Shown piece by piece: positions 1 to 13,019 of a stretch of DNA of 64,000 nucleotides (position 1 is its first letter; each line of letters opens with the position of its first letter). Both the position numbers and the translations under genes were made by a program. Origin of the DNA: Tubiluchus corallicola (lineage: Eukaryota; Animalia; Priapulida); assembly GCA_030141605.1 (NCBI GenBank), contig JAQGDQ010000782.1, positions 32,099 through 96,098 on the forward strand, in the 5' to 3' direction. The notes under the pieces were generated by a model. It worked only from the letters and a program-made list of their open reading frames with translations, did not search any database and was not told the DNA's origin.

Positions 1-154
1 CATCAAAAATAACAGTGCATATCATTCATTTTCAGTTTTTCTCTAACTGCACTATAAATTCAGTCACTCTAAATTGGCATGTCTAATGTCACCGATGTAA
101 CACACTCAGTAATGTCAAACATGCACGCTTATCCACTTAGCATTTTTCTAATAC

Positions 155-348
155 CTTCCTTTGCTCTGGAGTGTGATGGGTATATCCTCCAACTGGGTCA
201 GTTGAGATGTATACTGGATGATACTGAGCGGTCACATTTGCGTTTTTTCCAGTCTTTATGGTGAACTTGTAAGTTTCTCCACGTTTTAGTACCAATTCGG
301 GAATCAGTATTCCATTCACGTAATACACAATGCCCCAAGCAACGTAAC
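155..348 (-). CDS. Skeletor-like exon 13 (GYVAWGIVYYVNGILIPELVLKRGETYKF...YHPVYISTDPVGGYTHHTPEQRK)
   Basis: cttag acceptor, GTATTA donor, 194 nt, phase 1-0. The gene continues beyond base 1. Confidence 0.92.
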
Positions 349-436
349 CTAAGTTACAAATACCAGTTTTACTTTGTTTTGATGGCTGTAAACAGACCAA
401 CAGCATGCAACAGGCTGTGGGCGACACCAGGGTTCA

Positions 437-862
437 AAGGAAGACCGGACGATTTCTTAGACTCAATCTCATTTTAATTTACTGTCCAAAATATACATTT
501 TCCTGCCTATAAAAGTTAACAAATTGTTCCTTATATTTGAATAATTCGCTTAGAAAGTTAATTAACGGCAACCGAACACAGCTATCGCCATCATATGGCA
601 TCACAAACTAACACTGCAGTTCATGATCATGGTTATTACCGCCTTCTATTTGCTGGCCACGCGAATGTAACAAAAAGGCGCCGCTGCCAATCTTAGTAGA
701 TTCACTGAGCCGCGCGTAACTTTGAAAGTTTAACAAAATTTGAGTATCTGAGGTAATTATTATTTAATCTAAGCTTTGGTTTAAAATAAGCTATTGTAGT
801 TTTCAATATTTTAGGGCATTCTTTATTATGAATTCATGTTTACACAATCATCCGGTTTTCCT
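437..862 (+). mobile_element. Kolobok-like MITE with an inverted sister copy at about 3020-3487
   Basis: AAAGGAAGAC start. About 350 bp align with the reverse complement of 3020-3487. Confidence 0.75.
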
Positions 863-1006
863 TTTAAAAATGTAACGCACAAGCAACTAGGAGGTCAGGG
901 GGCGCGTTTTCCTGTATTTGAGCACATTTTGGGGCCTCAAATGAGATCCAAATTCTGGTACATAGACATCCTCAAACTTGAAAAATTCTACTAGTTCCAC
1001 TAATTC

Positions 1007-1213
1007 GCTAGTGCCCATCTAACTAGACAATGGAAAAATGCAAGTAACATGGAAGAGCTAGTGCCCATCTAACTAGACAATGGAAAAATGCATGTAACAT
1101 GGAAGAGCTAGTGCCCATCTAACTAGACAATGGGGAAATGCATGTAACATGGAAGAGCTAGTGCCCATCTAACTAGACAATGGAAAAATGCATGTAACAT
1201 GGAAGAGCTAGTG
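1007..1213. repeat. Tandem repeat, 4 x 50 bp, inside a family A element
   Basis: GCTAGTG at 1007, 1057, 1107, 1157 and 1207. Confidence 0.92.
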
Positions 1214-1582
1214 GCGCGAACGTGAAATTGTATATGTGTGGTAATAATTCTTTCAGGTAAGTCATTTGTGGAAAAAATAGTATGTTTCCTTTCAATATTT
1301 TAAAGAGTAGATTGTTTTGACTTACAGTTTAAGATTGGGTCTGGTTTTGCCTTAATAAAAAGTATTTGTAAAATGTGATATGTCATAATTAAATGAAAAT
1401 TGCAAGGAGTTATGAAAAATTCAGACACAGTCAGACTTATTCAGGCTCAAACCACCCATCTTGCTCTGTCAGTGGGCCAGGATCGAGAGGTAAGCTAGTC
1501 TGTAACCTGAAAAGCAGTTGGTAACTCAGCCGGTCGATGAGTGGACCATAACAGTTGCTTTGAGGGATGCCAATAAACTTAC

Positions 1583-1759
1583 CCGTTATTCCAACGTAAC
1601 CCTTTTCTTCCCCAGATTGTCCGATTTCAAACGTGAACTGCTCTACGTGTTTTCCATAGAGTTTGTGTCCTGGCCAGGGGGCAGCAGGTGCGCTAGTCAC
1701 AGATTCTATGGAGGTACATCCGGCGGAAGACGAGCTCCCGAAATTTATCATCAAATTTC
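1583..1759 (-). CDS. Skeletor-like exon 12 (GNLMINFG...WPGHKLYGKHVEQFTFEIGQSGEEKGYVGIT)
   Basis: ttttaag acceptor, GTAAGT donor, 177 nt, phase 1-1. Confidence 0.9.
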
Positions 1760-2029
1760 CTTAAAAGCATCAAAAATGACGACACGTTTTAATATTGAAA
1801 AACACTGCCCAAAAATTTTGCTAGTGTTTATAAGACATTAAGACATGAACTCAAGTCGTACAAGGATCGGTGTGCGGTAGATGCAGCACTGGTCTTTGGT
1901 GTTAAGCACTTGCTATAGAAGAGATAAATATATTTATTGCACAAACTGAACTTAGAGGTCTCGAACCAAATAAACCACAATCATCATCTTCGTTATCATA
2001 ATCTTCATCACCGTCAGTATCACAGCATC

Positions 2030-2086
2030 AGCAACAACAACAACAACAACAGCAATAACAACAACAACAGAAACAACAACAACAAT

Positions 2087-2117
<31 letters not shown>

Positions 2118-2168
2118 ACAGTTGACAACGACAACAACAACAACAAAAACAACAACAGAAAGACTACC

Positions 2169-2200
<32 letters not shown>

Positions 2201-2390
2201 AAGCAACAGCCACAGCCATTGCAACAACAACATGAACAACAGTTGACAACAACAACAACAACGACGACGACGACGACAACAACAGCAACGGCAACAACAA
2301 CAACAACAAAAACAACAACAACAGCAAAAACAACAACAACAAGACTGCCACCACCACCAACATCAACAACAGCAACGTCATCATCATCAT
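2030..2390. repeat. (AAC)n/(ACC)n trinucleotide microsatellite
   Basis: Direct reading. Confidence 0.95.
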
Positions 2391-2406
2391 ATAGTGTGTA
2401 CGGTAC

Positions 2407-2517
2407 CTGTAATTCGCTTTGTGTGCTTCACCACTAAGCCAGCAGGATTTATGCTTCCAAGAGCCCAAACAACATACTGATCCTGGGTCAATGAGTAGGT
2501 CTTATCAATGGTGTCAC
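2407..2517 (-). CDS. Skeletor-like exon 11 (GDTIDKTYSLTQDQYVVWALGSINPAGLVVKHTKRIT)
   Basis: tttcaag acceptor, GTACCG donor, 111 nt, phase 1-1, DOMON VVWALG..H motif. Confidence 0.9.
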
Positions 2518-3019
2518 CTTGAAATGAAAAAAAGTTAAAATTATGCAATAAATAAGTCGTAAAATAAAATTAATCAAATTCATTTTAAAATAAGACTAAT
2601 GTGATTAAAATTAACATGGGAAATCTTCTCAGGTCATTGCTGTCGGTCATTGCCTGCCGATGCAGAACAGGAATAACAATAACCAGACAAAAACAACAAC
2701 GACGACAACAACGATGACGATGACGGTGACGATGACGATGACGACTAACTTTTTTACATTTTCTTATTTTAGTAATGATTTGTGTCTCATGGTGTCTTCT
2801 TTAATAAGTGTTGACTCACATGACAGTATTTTAATAATAATTGTGCCCACTAGGAGGCGCAAACACAATTCAGACTTTTAGACAGTGTAGGCTTAATTCA
2901 TTTTGGAAACAGGGTATTGTAGCGACAACCCCTTCCCAAAACACGTGACGTAAGTACGACGTCACTCAAGTATTTAAATGAAAACCGTAAGATTGTGTAA
3001 ACACGAGTTCAGAATAAAG

Positions 3020-3487
3020 AATAGCTTTTTTAAATCAAAACTTAGATTAAATAATAATTACCTCGGAAACTCAAATTTCGTTAAACTTTCAAAGCTACGC
3101 GTGGCTCAGTGAATCTACTAAGAATGGCAACGGCAACTTTTAGTCACGTGCGCGTGGTCGTCAACCATGATCATGAACTGCAGTGTTAGTTTCTGGTGTC
3201 ATATGATGTAAAGCCCATTTTTCGTGACATCACGCGTTTAAACAGTACTGTAACACTTATGCAAATGTACTTGATGCGCAAGGGAAGATGCCTGCCATTG
3301 CACAAGCTGTGGTTAGTTTCTGACGTAAGCAATAGCTGTGTTCGGTTGCCGTTAATTAACTTTCTAAGCTAATTATTCAAATATAAGAACAATTGCTAAC
3401 TTTTACAGACAAGAAAATGTATATTTTGGACAGTAAATTAAAATGAGATTGAATCTAAACTCTAAACAATCGTCTAGTCTTCCTTTA
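3020..3487 (-). mobile_element. Kolobok-like MITE, inverted relative to 437-862
   Basis: Ends GTCTTCCT|TTAA. Reverse complement of 437-797 with an insertion of about 130 bp. Confidence 0.75.
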
Positions 3488-4580
3488 AGAAGTTGGTCAC
3501 TCACCCAATGCGGTGGTTGCAGAACTTTTTAACCTTATTGACGACGCTCGTATATACGTTATGCTTATTGCATATTATTAATAAACTGCAATATTGTTGC
3601 TTATATTTGTATAGGGCTATGAATTTACATAATCTCTACGTTACTGTTGAAAACGTTTCAGCAAAACATTGATCACATAAAACTAATCAAAAAATGTCCC
3701 ACTCAGTAGAGTACCTGAATATAGATGGCAGCACGTACCATGCGAGGTGCAAATTTATTTCGTTTGCGCTACAGGGGGCGGATTCGCTAACACGTTCATA
3801 GGAATTTTCGTAGAAACTTCGTAGGAGATTTTTTGTTTTCGTGAAGTTACGATATCATTTAATAACCTTCTGAGGTTACGAAACCTTTGCGAATTCCACC
3901 GTAAGTGGTTCGGTAAGAAGCTTTGTGAGTCCGCCACGAGGTTTCAGGTATTTTTATTAAAGTAAGACAGCATAATTTTTATATACTACCCCATTTTCAA
4001 GTAAGGGAAAAAAGTATACATTTTAATACCATTAATACTGTAAAAGCGTTTCTGATAATTAGATAATAGATTAAAAACTTGATTAACGACAGGCGAGCCC
4101 AACTAGTGATGACATCACAAACTAACATAATTTTTAACATCAAAAATATTCCACGAGCGTGTTGCACGTGTTTGCGAATCGAAAATTGAAGTACAGAGCT
4201 ACTGTAAGATATTCAGTGTGTTGTATTAAAAATAGGCAAGTTTTAAGATAAAAATTCAAATTCAAAATTTACTGCTGTACTCGCTCAACAGTTGACGAAC
4301 GTGCGTAGTTCGTCCCAAATTAACATATCTGAACTGAGAGGTACAGCACCTGTTTTTGCGCAACTCTTTTCGAAATGCAGGCGCTAGTGTCTGTTTAACT
4401 AGCGAATGGCGGATGCAAGTAACAACGAAAAGCTATTGGCACAAATTTCATATTTCTTTTCCAACAGTCTTTCTTTAAAAAATGGTATGTTTCCTTTCAA
4501 TATTTTGACCTGCAGTTTAAACATTGGGTCCAATTTGGCTCTCAATTTTATTACGAGTTTAGTTACCAGTCAGACTTTAC

Positions 4581-4704
4581 CTGTTTGAAGTTTTCTGGAG
4601 TACGAAATAGAGCTGATTCCGTTATTAAAACCCCCACTAGTTTGTATGACGTCATTACTACCTCCAACTTGGTCATCAGGACAAACTCCTTGTTGCGAAG
4701 AACA
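4581..4704 (-). CDS. Skeletor-like exon 10 (CSSQQGVCPDDQVGGSNDVIQTSGGFNNGISSISYSRKLQT)
   Basis: tttttctag acceptor, GTAAAG donor, 124 nt, phase 0-1, GVCPD motif. Confidence 0.92.
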
Positions 4705-5429
4705 CTAGAAAAAAAGTGTCATCAAATGAGGCTTTCATAGTTTCGTTTTGTGCACAAAATACTTTCAGTTATTTATTTTAGGCGCATTGTCTCACCACGA
4801 AATAAAAGTGAAAATGCAATATGTCGATTTTTTAAAATTGTCCAAACTTTACTTCACTTGTCTATACATTATACGGACGATGTATCTGATATGTCAGTTA
4901 CTCAAATTACTCCACATAAAAGAATAAAGTAGTAGACAATAAATTCAAAATAACAATGATTTTTGCACACGCGCTAGGTATGTCGGTTGTCTACAGTTAT
5001 TCCAGCATAGATAAAAAAGGGAACGTAACTAAGTGAATTTAAATTTCGTATTACTAGTAAGTCACATGTCTTTAAGCAGAGGTATAATGTATCCTATGGT
5101 GGTCAGCATAAAAAAAAATTGTGCTGTTGCTGTTTACTAATGAAACACGGCGGCTAATCAAAAGTAATTTACGAATTATGGTGGGGTAATCCCCCCCCCC
5201 GTTACCAAAATCGGTTGTAAAAAATCGTGACCCTATAAGGGTTAATGGTATTTATGAAGCCTTTTCACTTTTCATTGGCATATATTCTTATTGTAATGCT
5301 GAAATAACATTGTAAAGTGAATGCTATAATTATAACGTATAATCATGTATCAAAATTTGTTTTTTATCAAAGTAAGCAAGATTTTATATATTTATAGCCC
5401 AAGGCAATCCCATGATTCACTGCGCCTAC

Positions 5430-5572
5430 CTGAGCATAGTCCCGCACTCTGAAATCAATGGCTTTTGGTTGGTTGGAGGCATTGTCAACATAAGCCACAA
5501 CAACGTCCGCATTGTTCATGGAAGAGCTACCATCAGAGCCACTCAGACCAAACGCCATATACTCGCCAGGTG
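5430..5572 (-). CDS. Skeletor-like exon 9, DOMON core (SPGEYMAFGLSGSDGSSSMNNADVVVAYVD...DYAQ)
   Basis: cttcag acceptor, GTAGGC donor, 143 nt, phase 1-0. Confidence 0.93.
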
Positions 5573-6378
5573 CTGAAGAGGAAATGATTAATTATCTTTT
5601 GGTAAGAAATTTCATTTTTTCGTTTAAAAGCACGTTTTGATGGACTGTCATTTAACAGCTGAAACTAGAAGTTTCAACAATGTAAGCTTTACATCCTTAA
5701 CGTCAATTATGAAAAGTAATTTTGTATTTGAGATCTGCTTCAATATTTTAGAAGCTTATGAATAAAAAACACACTAATTTTTGCATATGCCATAATTAAG
5801 TAATACAATTCTGTTAATTCCTGTAAGTTCAGCTCAGTTTTTACTGACACTGTGTAGACTGTTGTAGACTGACTCACTCTGGTGGTTGAAACAAACAATA
5901 TGAAACTGTGTTGAACTGTGAAAGACTGAAGTTAGTGTAGACTGTTGCAGACTGGCTCACTCTGGTGGTTGAAACAAACAATATGAAACTGTGTTGAACT
6001 GTGAAAGACTTGATTTTTATTTATAAATTACACTATTATTTGCAGGAAAGAAGACACATGGTGACCACTCAACATCAATGGTCAAGAAAGGAAAAACTCG
6101 AGCTGACCTTTGCACGGCTACCCAAGTCACATGCGCCCACTGAGCTTACCTGATTGGCTGTAAAACACACTAGTAACCAACACTGCCCCATATATGGGAA
6201 GCCCAGCAGGTGCAGGTGACTGAGCGGCGCTGACCAGGGCCACAACCTGGATTAAACTTGACTCAGTTCAATAATAAATAATTTTAAATGTAGGTGGCAG
6301 CACATATTAAATTATTGTTGTAGTACTTTCAATTAAAAATCATAAATGAAATGTGCAACAGCAATTATACAAACGTAC

Positions 6379-6496
6379 AGGTCTGTCCCGTGAGTATGAA
6401 ACGAATGACGTCATTCTCCACCTTCCAATTAACGTTGTACTTTCCTTCCAGTAAAGTTTTGCAATTGTAAGTGTCTGTATTTTCCGAAGTTGTAGC
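6379..6496 (-). CDS. Skeletor-like exon 8, DOMON start (ATTSENTDTYNCKTLLEGKYNVNWKVENDVIRFILTGQT)
   Basis: cttag acceptor, GTACGT donor, 118 nt, phase 0-1. Confidence 0.88.
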
Positions 6497-6542
6497 CTAA
6501 GATTTGAAAATAGCTATCAAAAGCTGTAAATATTCTAAACTG

Positions 6543-7235
<693 letters not shown>

Positions 7236-7236
<1 letters not shown>

Positions 7237-7712
7237 ATTTTGATTTGATTTGATTTGATTTGATTTAATTCTTTATTTCAAACATAAGTTCATATTATAA
7301 TTTACATATATACAACATACAACATCATAAAAACAAAAAACCAATACAAACAAATCACATACAAACTTAGTTAAATATGAAAATTACAATAATAGTCTCC
7401 ACCATTGCTGTCTTATGTGCGATGTAAATTTGGCATCGCTTACTAAAATTTTCTGGCACATTAAATTATCACTAGTATCAAATCTTTTCATTAAACTTAA
7501 CACAGATTTTCTATGTAGTACATCAAAATACATCACGCGAATTTCAACACTCATCTCACGAGCACTGTAATCATATGCATATCCGAAAAATAATCTTTTT
7601 GACACATTGTGCGCAATTTTAAGTTTTAAGATATTACCATTATTAAAATGTCTCCAAGTAGACATGCAATAGAATGTATTACAGTAAGCATTAAATAGAT
7701 ATCTTTTAACAT
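7236..7712 (-). mobile_element. 5'-truncated LINE 3' end (RTEX-like) inserted in the GA microsatellite
   Basis: VKRYLFNAYCNTFYCMSTW..LKIAHN..SAREM RT-downstream motif, AATAAA and an (AAATC)n tail. Confidence 0.75.
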
Positions 7713-7929
7713 CAACAGAACAGAACAACAGAGAGAGAGAGACAGAGAGAGAGAGAGAGGGGGGAAAGAGAGAGGCAGAGAGAGAGAAAGAGAAAGGGAG
7801 AGAGGGGGGAAAGAGAGAGAGAGCGAGAAAGAGAGAGGGAGAGAGAGAGAGAGGGGGAGAGACTCAGTGAGTAAGACAGAGAGAAAGGAGTAAATGAATC
7901 GTGCAGCAATTAGTCGAAATGTAACTGTC

Positions 7930-8265
7930 TAATCCTGTGTAATCTTGTCAAATTTTGTCTATTCCTGTCTAAACTTGTCTAAACTTGTCTAATCTTGTCA
8001 AATCTTGTCCAAACTTGTCTAATCTTGCCAAGTCTTGTCCAAACTTGCCTAATATTGTCAAAACTTGTCCAAACTTGTCTAATATTGTCAAATCGTGTCT
8101 AGTCTTGTCTGAACTTGTCTATCTTGCCTAAACTTGTCTGATCCTGTCATGTTTTGTCTAAACTTGTCTAACCTTGTCCAAACTTCCTTAATTTTCTCTT
8201 ATCTCGTCTAATGTTCTCTAATCTTGCCTAATCTTATCTAGTCTTCCCTAGTCTTGACTAATCGT
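7930..8265. repeat. Degenerate 10-bp repeat (AACTTGTCTA)
   Basis: Direct reading. Confidence 0.85.
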
Positions 8266-8320
8266 CATAAAATTAACATTCCACTCCACTGCGAATCCTG
8301 TCAAACAGAGAAATCTCTAC

Positions 8321-8489
8321 CTTTGAAGCAGGAATATTCCCCATCAAGTCGTCTGGTATGGTGACATGTCCAAAATTCTCCGAGAACTTAACACAGTAGA
8401 CACTGAAGTAATCGACGTCAAAGACAGTCAGATCTCCGGGGAGGGTTAATGTTATTGTTTCTCCTTGATAAGCTCGTAGAATGCTTATA
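8321..8489 (-). CDS. Skeletor-like exon 7 (SISILRAYQGETITLTLPGDLTVFDVDYFSVYCVKFSENFGHVTIPDD..)
   Basis: ttttcag acceptor, GTAGAG donor, 169 nt, phase 2-0, DM13-2 C-part. Confidence 0.92.
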
Positions 8490-8533
8490 CTGAAAAGTGG
8501 CAGAAATGGCTTCATTGAAAAAGAGGGCTTTAA

Positions 8534-8890
8534 CCCTTTCAGTCCCAAATTATTTTTTTAATAAGAAAAACGTTTTTTTAAAAACACAACAAAAGCAAAA
8601 AATGTCCTTCATATTGCAACTGCTGATATTTTTTTAAAGTATTTAAGACATTTAGTATGCACGCTATACTGATCTGTACAAAGTCGTCTCTAAAGTACTG
8701 TACCTTGCGCAGTTTTTTATGCTATGTAGATTTTCTAGTTTGCCATTTTATCACTATTTTTAGTTTATTGTTATTGGCTTAAATCAAAATAACTATTAAC
8801 AGATCAAATAACTGTCAGTTTTAAAATTTTATTAATTTTAAAGGCAGAAAATATTCTCGTATCCCACGGGATACAACGGGTATGAAAGGG
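8534..8890. mobile_element. piggyBac-type MITE
   Basis: TTAA|CCCTTTCAGTCCC ... GGGTATGAAAGGG|TTAA. Confidence 0.8.
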
Positions 8891-9771
8891 TTAACAGCTC
8901 ACACCAGCCGTATCTCTTTCTTATTAGCGGTACACAAAAACATTTATAGTTAAAAACAAGACAACTTTATTAAAAACTTTCACATTAAAAAGTTAAAAGT
9001 TAAAATCATGTCAAACGTTTCGACTAGCTGATGTTGTCATCATCAGTGGTAAATTTACAAACTTACAACCAGTTTATATAAGCAGAGCCTATTATGCAGT
9101 AATAAACTTGTTAAGTAGAATTTGAAGTTCAATTCTTTTAACTTTATTTTCAAACACTTAGCTATTGGTTACTATATCAGTTTCTTTTGGTTTTTGTAAA
9201 TAGTTAATTAGAAAGTTTATACAATAATCAGAGCTTTCGTGGTGCACACGTCACTAAGTAAGTAAAATTTTAAATTACTGTATCTTGTCAATAAGATTAA
9301 AAATACGTTTTTGGTTAGTATGTGGCGCACCCTGGTGGGCGAGTCAGCGACATTTACCATTTGGTTAAAACATTTTAAATTATTCTTTCTACTTACATAA
9401 GTATTTCAAGTAGGTAAGCAAAATGCTAAGTAATATAACTTTGCATGGAAAGTTTTTTTGGGACATAGTTTAACATTGTATTTCCTTCCCCTGATTTGCA
9501 TTGTGCGTATATGACGCCATGCAATGGCGACTTCAGAACGTGAGATTTAAAACGAAAACAAACAAAAATTCCTTTAAAACGAGAGTACGATATACGCATA
9601 AAATTGCTACAAAATAATATAATATTTAGGTTTTTTTTCTAAAACCTACTTCTGGTACCTCTTTTTCTAGTCCTTTAAATTACAATGAGCATTGTTTTCA
9701 AGAAGACAGCTTACAGCTATGAATATTGACACATGTGTCGCTAGGAAAGCAGACATATTGGAGAAGCTCAC

Positions 9772-9841
9772 CTGCCCGTTTCGTCTGGAACTTTTGTGCC
9801 GCCTGGCGAGGGATTGCCCTTACCAACAAGAAAAAACGTAT
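9772..9841 (-). CDS. Skeletor-like exon 6 (DTFFLVGKGNPSPGGTKVPDETG)
   Basis: ttttttcag acceptor, GTGAGC donor, 70 nt, phase 1-2. Confidence 0.92.
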
Positions 9842-9914
9842 CTGAAAAAACACTTGTAGTAAAAATCGACAAGAGGGCAGACAAACAAAGCATTGAGAGA
9901 GGGAGGGAAAGGAA

Positions 9915-10330
9915 AAGTGAGTGAGTGAGTGAGTTAGTGAGTGAGTTGGTAAATGAGTTAGTGAGTGAGTTGGTGACTGAGTTGGTGAGTGAGTTGGTGA
10001 GTGAATGCATGTGTGAGTGAGTGAGTTGGTGAGTGTGTGGGTGAGTGAGTAGGTGAGTGAGCGAGTGAGTGACTGAGTTGGTGAGTGAGTGCATGAGTGA
10101 GTGAGTGAGTTGGTGAGTGAGTGAGTGAGTGAGTGAGTGAGTGAGTGATTGAGTGAGTGAGTGAGTGAGTGATTGAGTGAGTGAGTGAGTGAGTGATTGA
10201 TTGAGTGAGTGAGTGAGTGAGTGAGTGAGTGAGTGAGTGAGTGAGTGAGTGAGTGAATGAGTAAATAAGTGAGTGAGTGAGTGGGTTTGCTTGGGTGTGT
10301 GGGTGGGTGAGTGAGTGAATGAGTGAGATT
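9915..10330. repeat. (GTGA)n microsatellite
   Basis: Direct reading. Confidence 0.95.
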
Positions 10331-10899
10331 TGTGGGAAGGTTGCTAAAATAATGTCACGAATATTATCTGACATTTAACCCTTCTATTAATCTGCACTTT
10401 AATCATTTTCGTCATTACTTTTGCTTTAATAGTTATAATAAATTTCAAACATTCTCAAACCTATGTGTGATCATCGAACGTTCGAAACGAATTCGAACGA
10501 GTTTTTTTTAGTTCGAATTCGATTCGAACCTTAAAATGATAGATTCTTTTAATTCAGCACTTCAGCCACATACGTTCTGTATCATTGAAATGTTTGAAAC
10601 ATCATGCAATTAGCACAATTTAGCTGCAGTTTCTGTGCAAAATTTTTAACAAACAAATAGTTGTTTTACTGCGGAACAAAATCGAGCAATATGCATGATC
10701 TTTGTAAGACCAGTACCACTGTTTGCTACTGTTTTGAAAACTTGTTCGGAAACATTTTAATCTCAATTCGAATTCGATTCGGATTCGAAACACCGAAATT
10801 CGGATCGATTCGAATTCTAAAGTCGCAAATTCGATACGATTCGTTTTCGCATTCTGCTCACCACTGCTCAACTCAATTTGGTTATGAATAACCTCTCAC

Positions 10900-11071
10900 C
10901 TGGTCCAGTCCCGTCGTAATTCAGATCAGGAATTCTTAGAGTTTTTTCGTCAAGTATGGTCATGGGACCAGACCTCAGTTGATGAGCAGCACTTGCTGTT
11001 GGCAAGGAGCCAATTTGTCTGGGAGCTGGAACTTGAAGCGTGTCCGGAATAACTAGGTGCCCAAAATTTGC
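10900..11071 (-). CDS. Skeletor-like exon 5 (ANFGHLVIPD...HQLRSGPMTILDEKTLRIPDLNYDGTGP)
   Basis: AG acceptor, GTGAGA donor, 172 nt, phase 0-1. Covers the end of DM13-1 and the start of DM13-2. Confidence 0.92.
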
Positions 11072-11254
11072 CTAAATGATAATAATCATTAATAATGCCC
11101 AATTCTGTGGAACGCTAAAGTCTAATTTAATGCTCATTTTTGAATATTAATTAATGAATTATGAATATTAATAAATGCTTTACATAGAATCAAATGCTTA
11201 TATAACGATTAACGAATAATTTTGTGTTGTTTATAAGATATATTATATTAATAC

Positions 11255-11383
11255 TAATGATAATGGTAATGATAATGATAGTAATAATAATAACAACAAC
11301 AATAATAATAATAGTTAATAATAATAATAATAATAAGAATAATAATATTATTATTATTATTAACAATAATAATTATTATTAAC

Positions 11384-11466
<83 letters not shown>

Positions 11467-11472
11467 CAATAA
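11255..11472. repeat. (AAT)n microsatellite
   Basis: Direct reading. Confidence 0.95.
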
Positions 11473-11959
11473 CGTTTTTTTAAAAAGTGGAAAATATTAA
11501 AAAATGAATAAAAAAACCCGGGAGGTTTTTACAAATGATGAGGTTTTCCTCTAATTGTCACGAAAGGCTTCTAAAAATAACATATAACTTGTATGGGCGA
11601 AGAAAATGACAAAGTGGTCACGGCGTGTAATTATCACCCGAAGTTAAACAACGCCAAAGTTGACAAGTAAAATAATAGATGCAACACTGAAATTTCTTTC
11701 ACGATACTGATAAATTCTGGTCTTTTACTCCACTGCAGTGAAAAATCAGGCCACAGCAGAGACGCCCCTGCTGGTCCACTGGCTCATTTTGTTCTTGCCC
11801 AGATTCTTGTCCCATCGCAACCATTCACAATAACTAGGCACTTCTATTAAATGCTGAATTGAATGTGTATTGAACGTATGAGATACCTATCCATTCACTG
11901 ACTAGTTGCAGTCTTGCTTAACTACAACCGTAACCACAAAGCAATCACTCCACTGTTCC

Positions 11960-12382
11960 CAGTGGCAGTTCGTAGCTGAAATAAGTAGGGGTGCTGCTTG
12001 AGAAACTTTTAGCCATTGTTTTAATGCAGTGTAAAACGAAACAAACACATGTAATTTTAATCTTGTAATTTTAGCAAACAAACATTTCGAAAATATGATT
12101 TATACATAAACTTGATAAAGTCCCAATCAAAAAATATTTTGTTTACTAATAGCCTAAATTGTCGCAGTTCAAGCTTGATCCATTCACGGTAAGTAAGTGA
12201 CAACTGACAACAAACTGTGTGAGCGACAGTACTTTCTCTACCTGGGTTCAGACATTTGCGCATGGGCACAAGTATAAACAAAGAACTAAAGAAAAAAGAC
12301 ATTATATTGAATATTATCGATAATATCAGGTGAAAACAGGTGGCGCTGCAGTTCCACAGTACCTACACACGAGCCGCCACTG
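11960..12382 (+). mobile_element. hAT-type MITE (family B), shorter copy
   Basis: CAGTGGCAGTTCGT...ACGAGCCGCCACTG ends. Aligns with 14650-15139. Confidence 0.8.
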
Positions 12383-12420
12383 AAAATTCTTCAGAAGCCT
12401 GGTTTATTGATTTTTAATAC

Positions 12421-12520
12421 CTTGGCTTGTTGACACCACACCGAGAAATACTTCATTTCACTAACACTTTCCAAATGCAAAACCAAGTCCTTCCCATTGT
12501 AAGCACCCAATTTAGTTGTC
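12421..12520 (-). CDS. Skeletor-like exon 4 (RTTKLGAYNGKDLVLHLESVSEMKYFSVWCQQAK)
   Basis: tttttgcag acceptor, GTATTA donor, 100 nt, phase 2-0, DM13 SVWC motif. Confidence 0.92.
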
Positions 12521-12609
12521 CTGCAAAAATAACACACATGCCAAAACCTCGCCAATTTCTAGAAATTGCTTTCAAACATACAATTTAAAAGAATTTCTTG
12601 ACATAAATA

Positions 12610-13019
12610 AGCCTTTTCACAGTTTCTTTGTGCGCATGCGCAGTTGCTATGTGTCAAAAGTTAACCACAGCAGCGCGTCCTAACCGTCGCATGACATAAG
12701 CGTAAAGTCTGCCGCATCAGTTCAGTAACTTCAGTTATTCGACATTGACTTTACTTAATTATGCATTAGTCTGTGTGTAGAGTGATTTACTAGCGGGATC
12801 TTGGTTGAAACGTGAACTACATACGGTTCTAGCTTGCTGTTAAAACTGTTCGTAATACAATAGCTCAGGCTGCTAGCCTTTGTCATGTGTGTACTGAACT
12901 CATGCGACAGACAGCTTTGCTTTACCCACATATCACATTATGGTTGTAATTAAGACGCACTGCTGTGGTACACTTGTGACGTACAGCACGCGTGAGCATA
13001 ACGAAACCGTGAAAAGGCT
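12610..13019 (+). mobile_element. TIR MITE family C (AGCCTTTTCAC...GTGAAAAGGCT)
   Basis: Terminal inverted repeats. Other copies at about 35820-36180 (-), 42980-43364 (+) and 52460-52842 (-). Confidence 0.78.

Noticed and set aside
6050-6275. GC-richer island resembling a SINE or ncRNA
   Set aside because: No second copy in the window and no recognisable Pol III boxes or TSD, so I cannot support a call.
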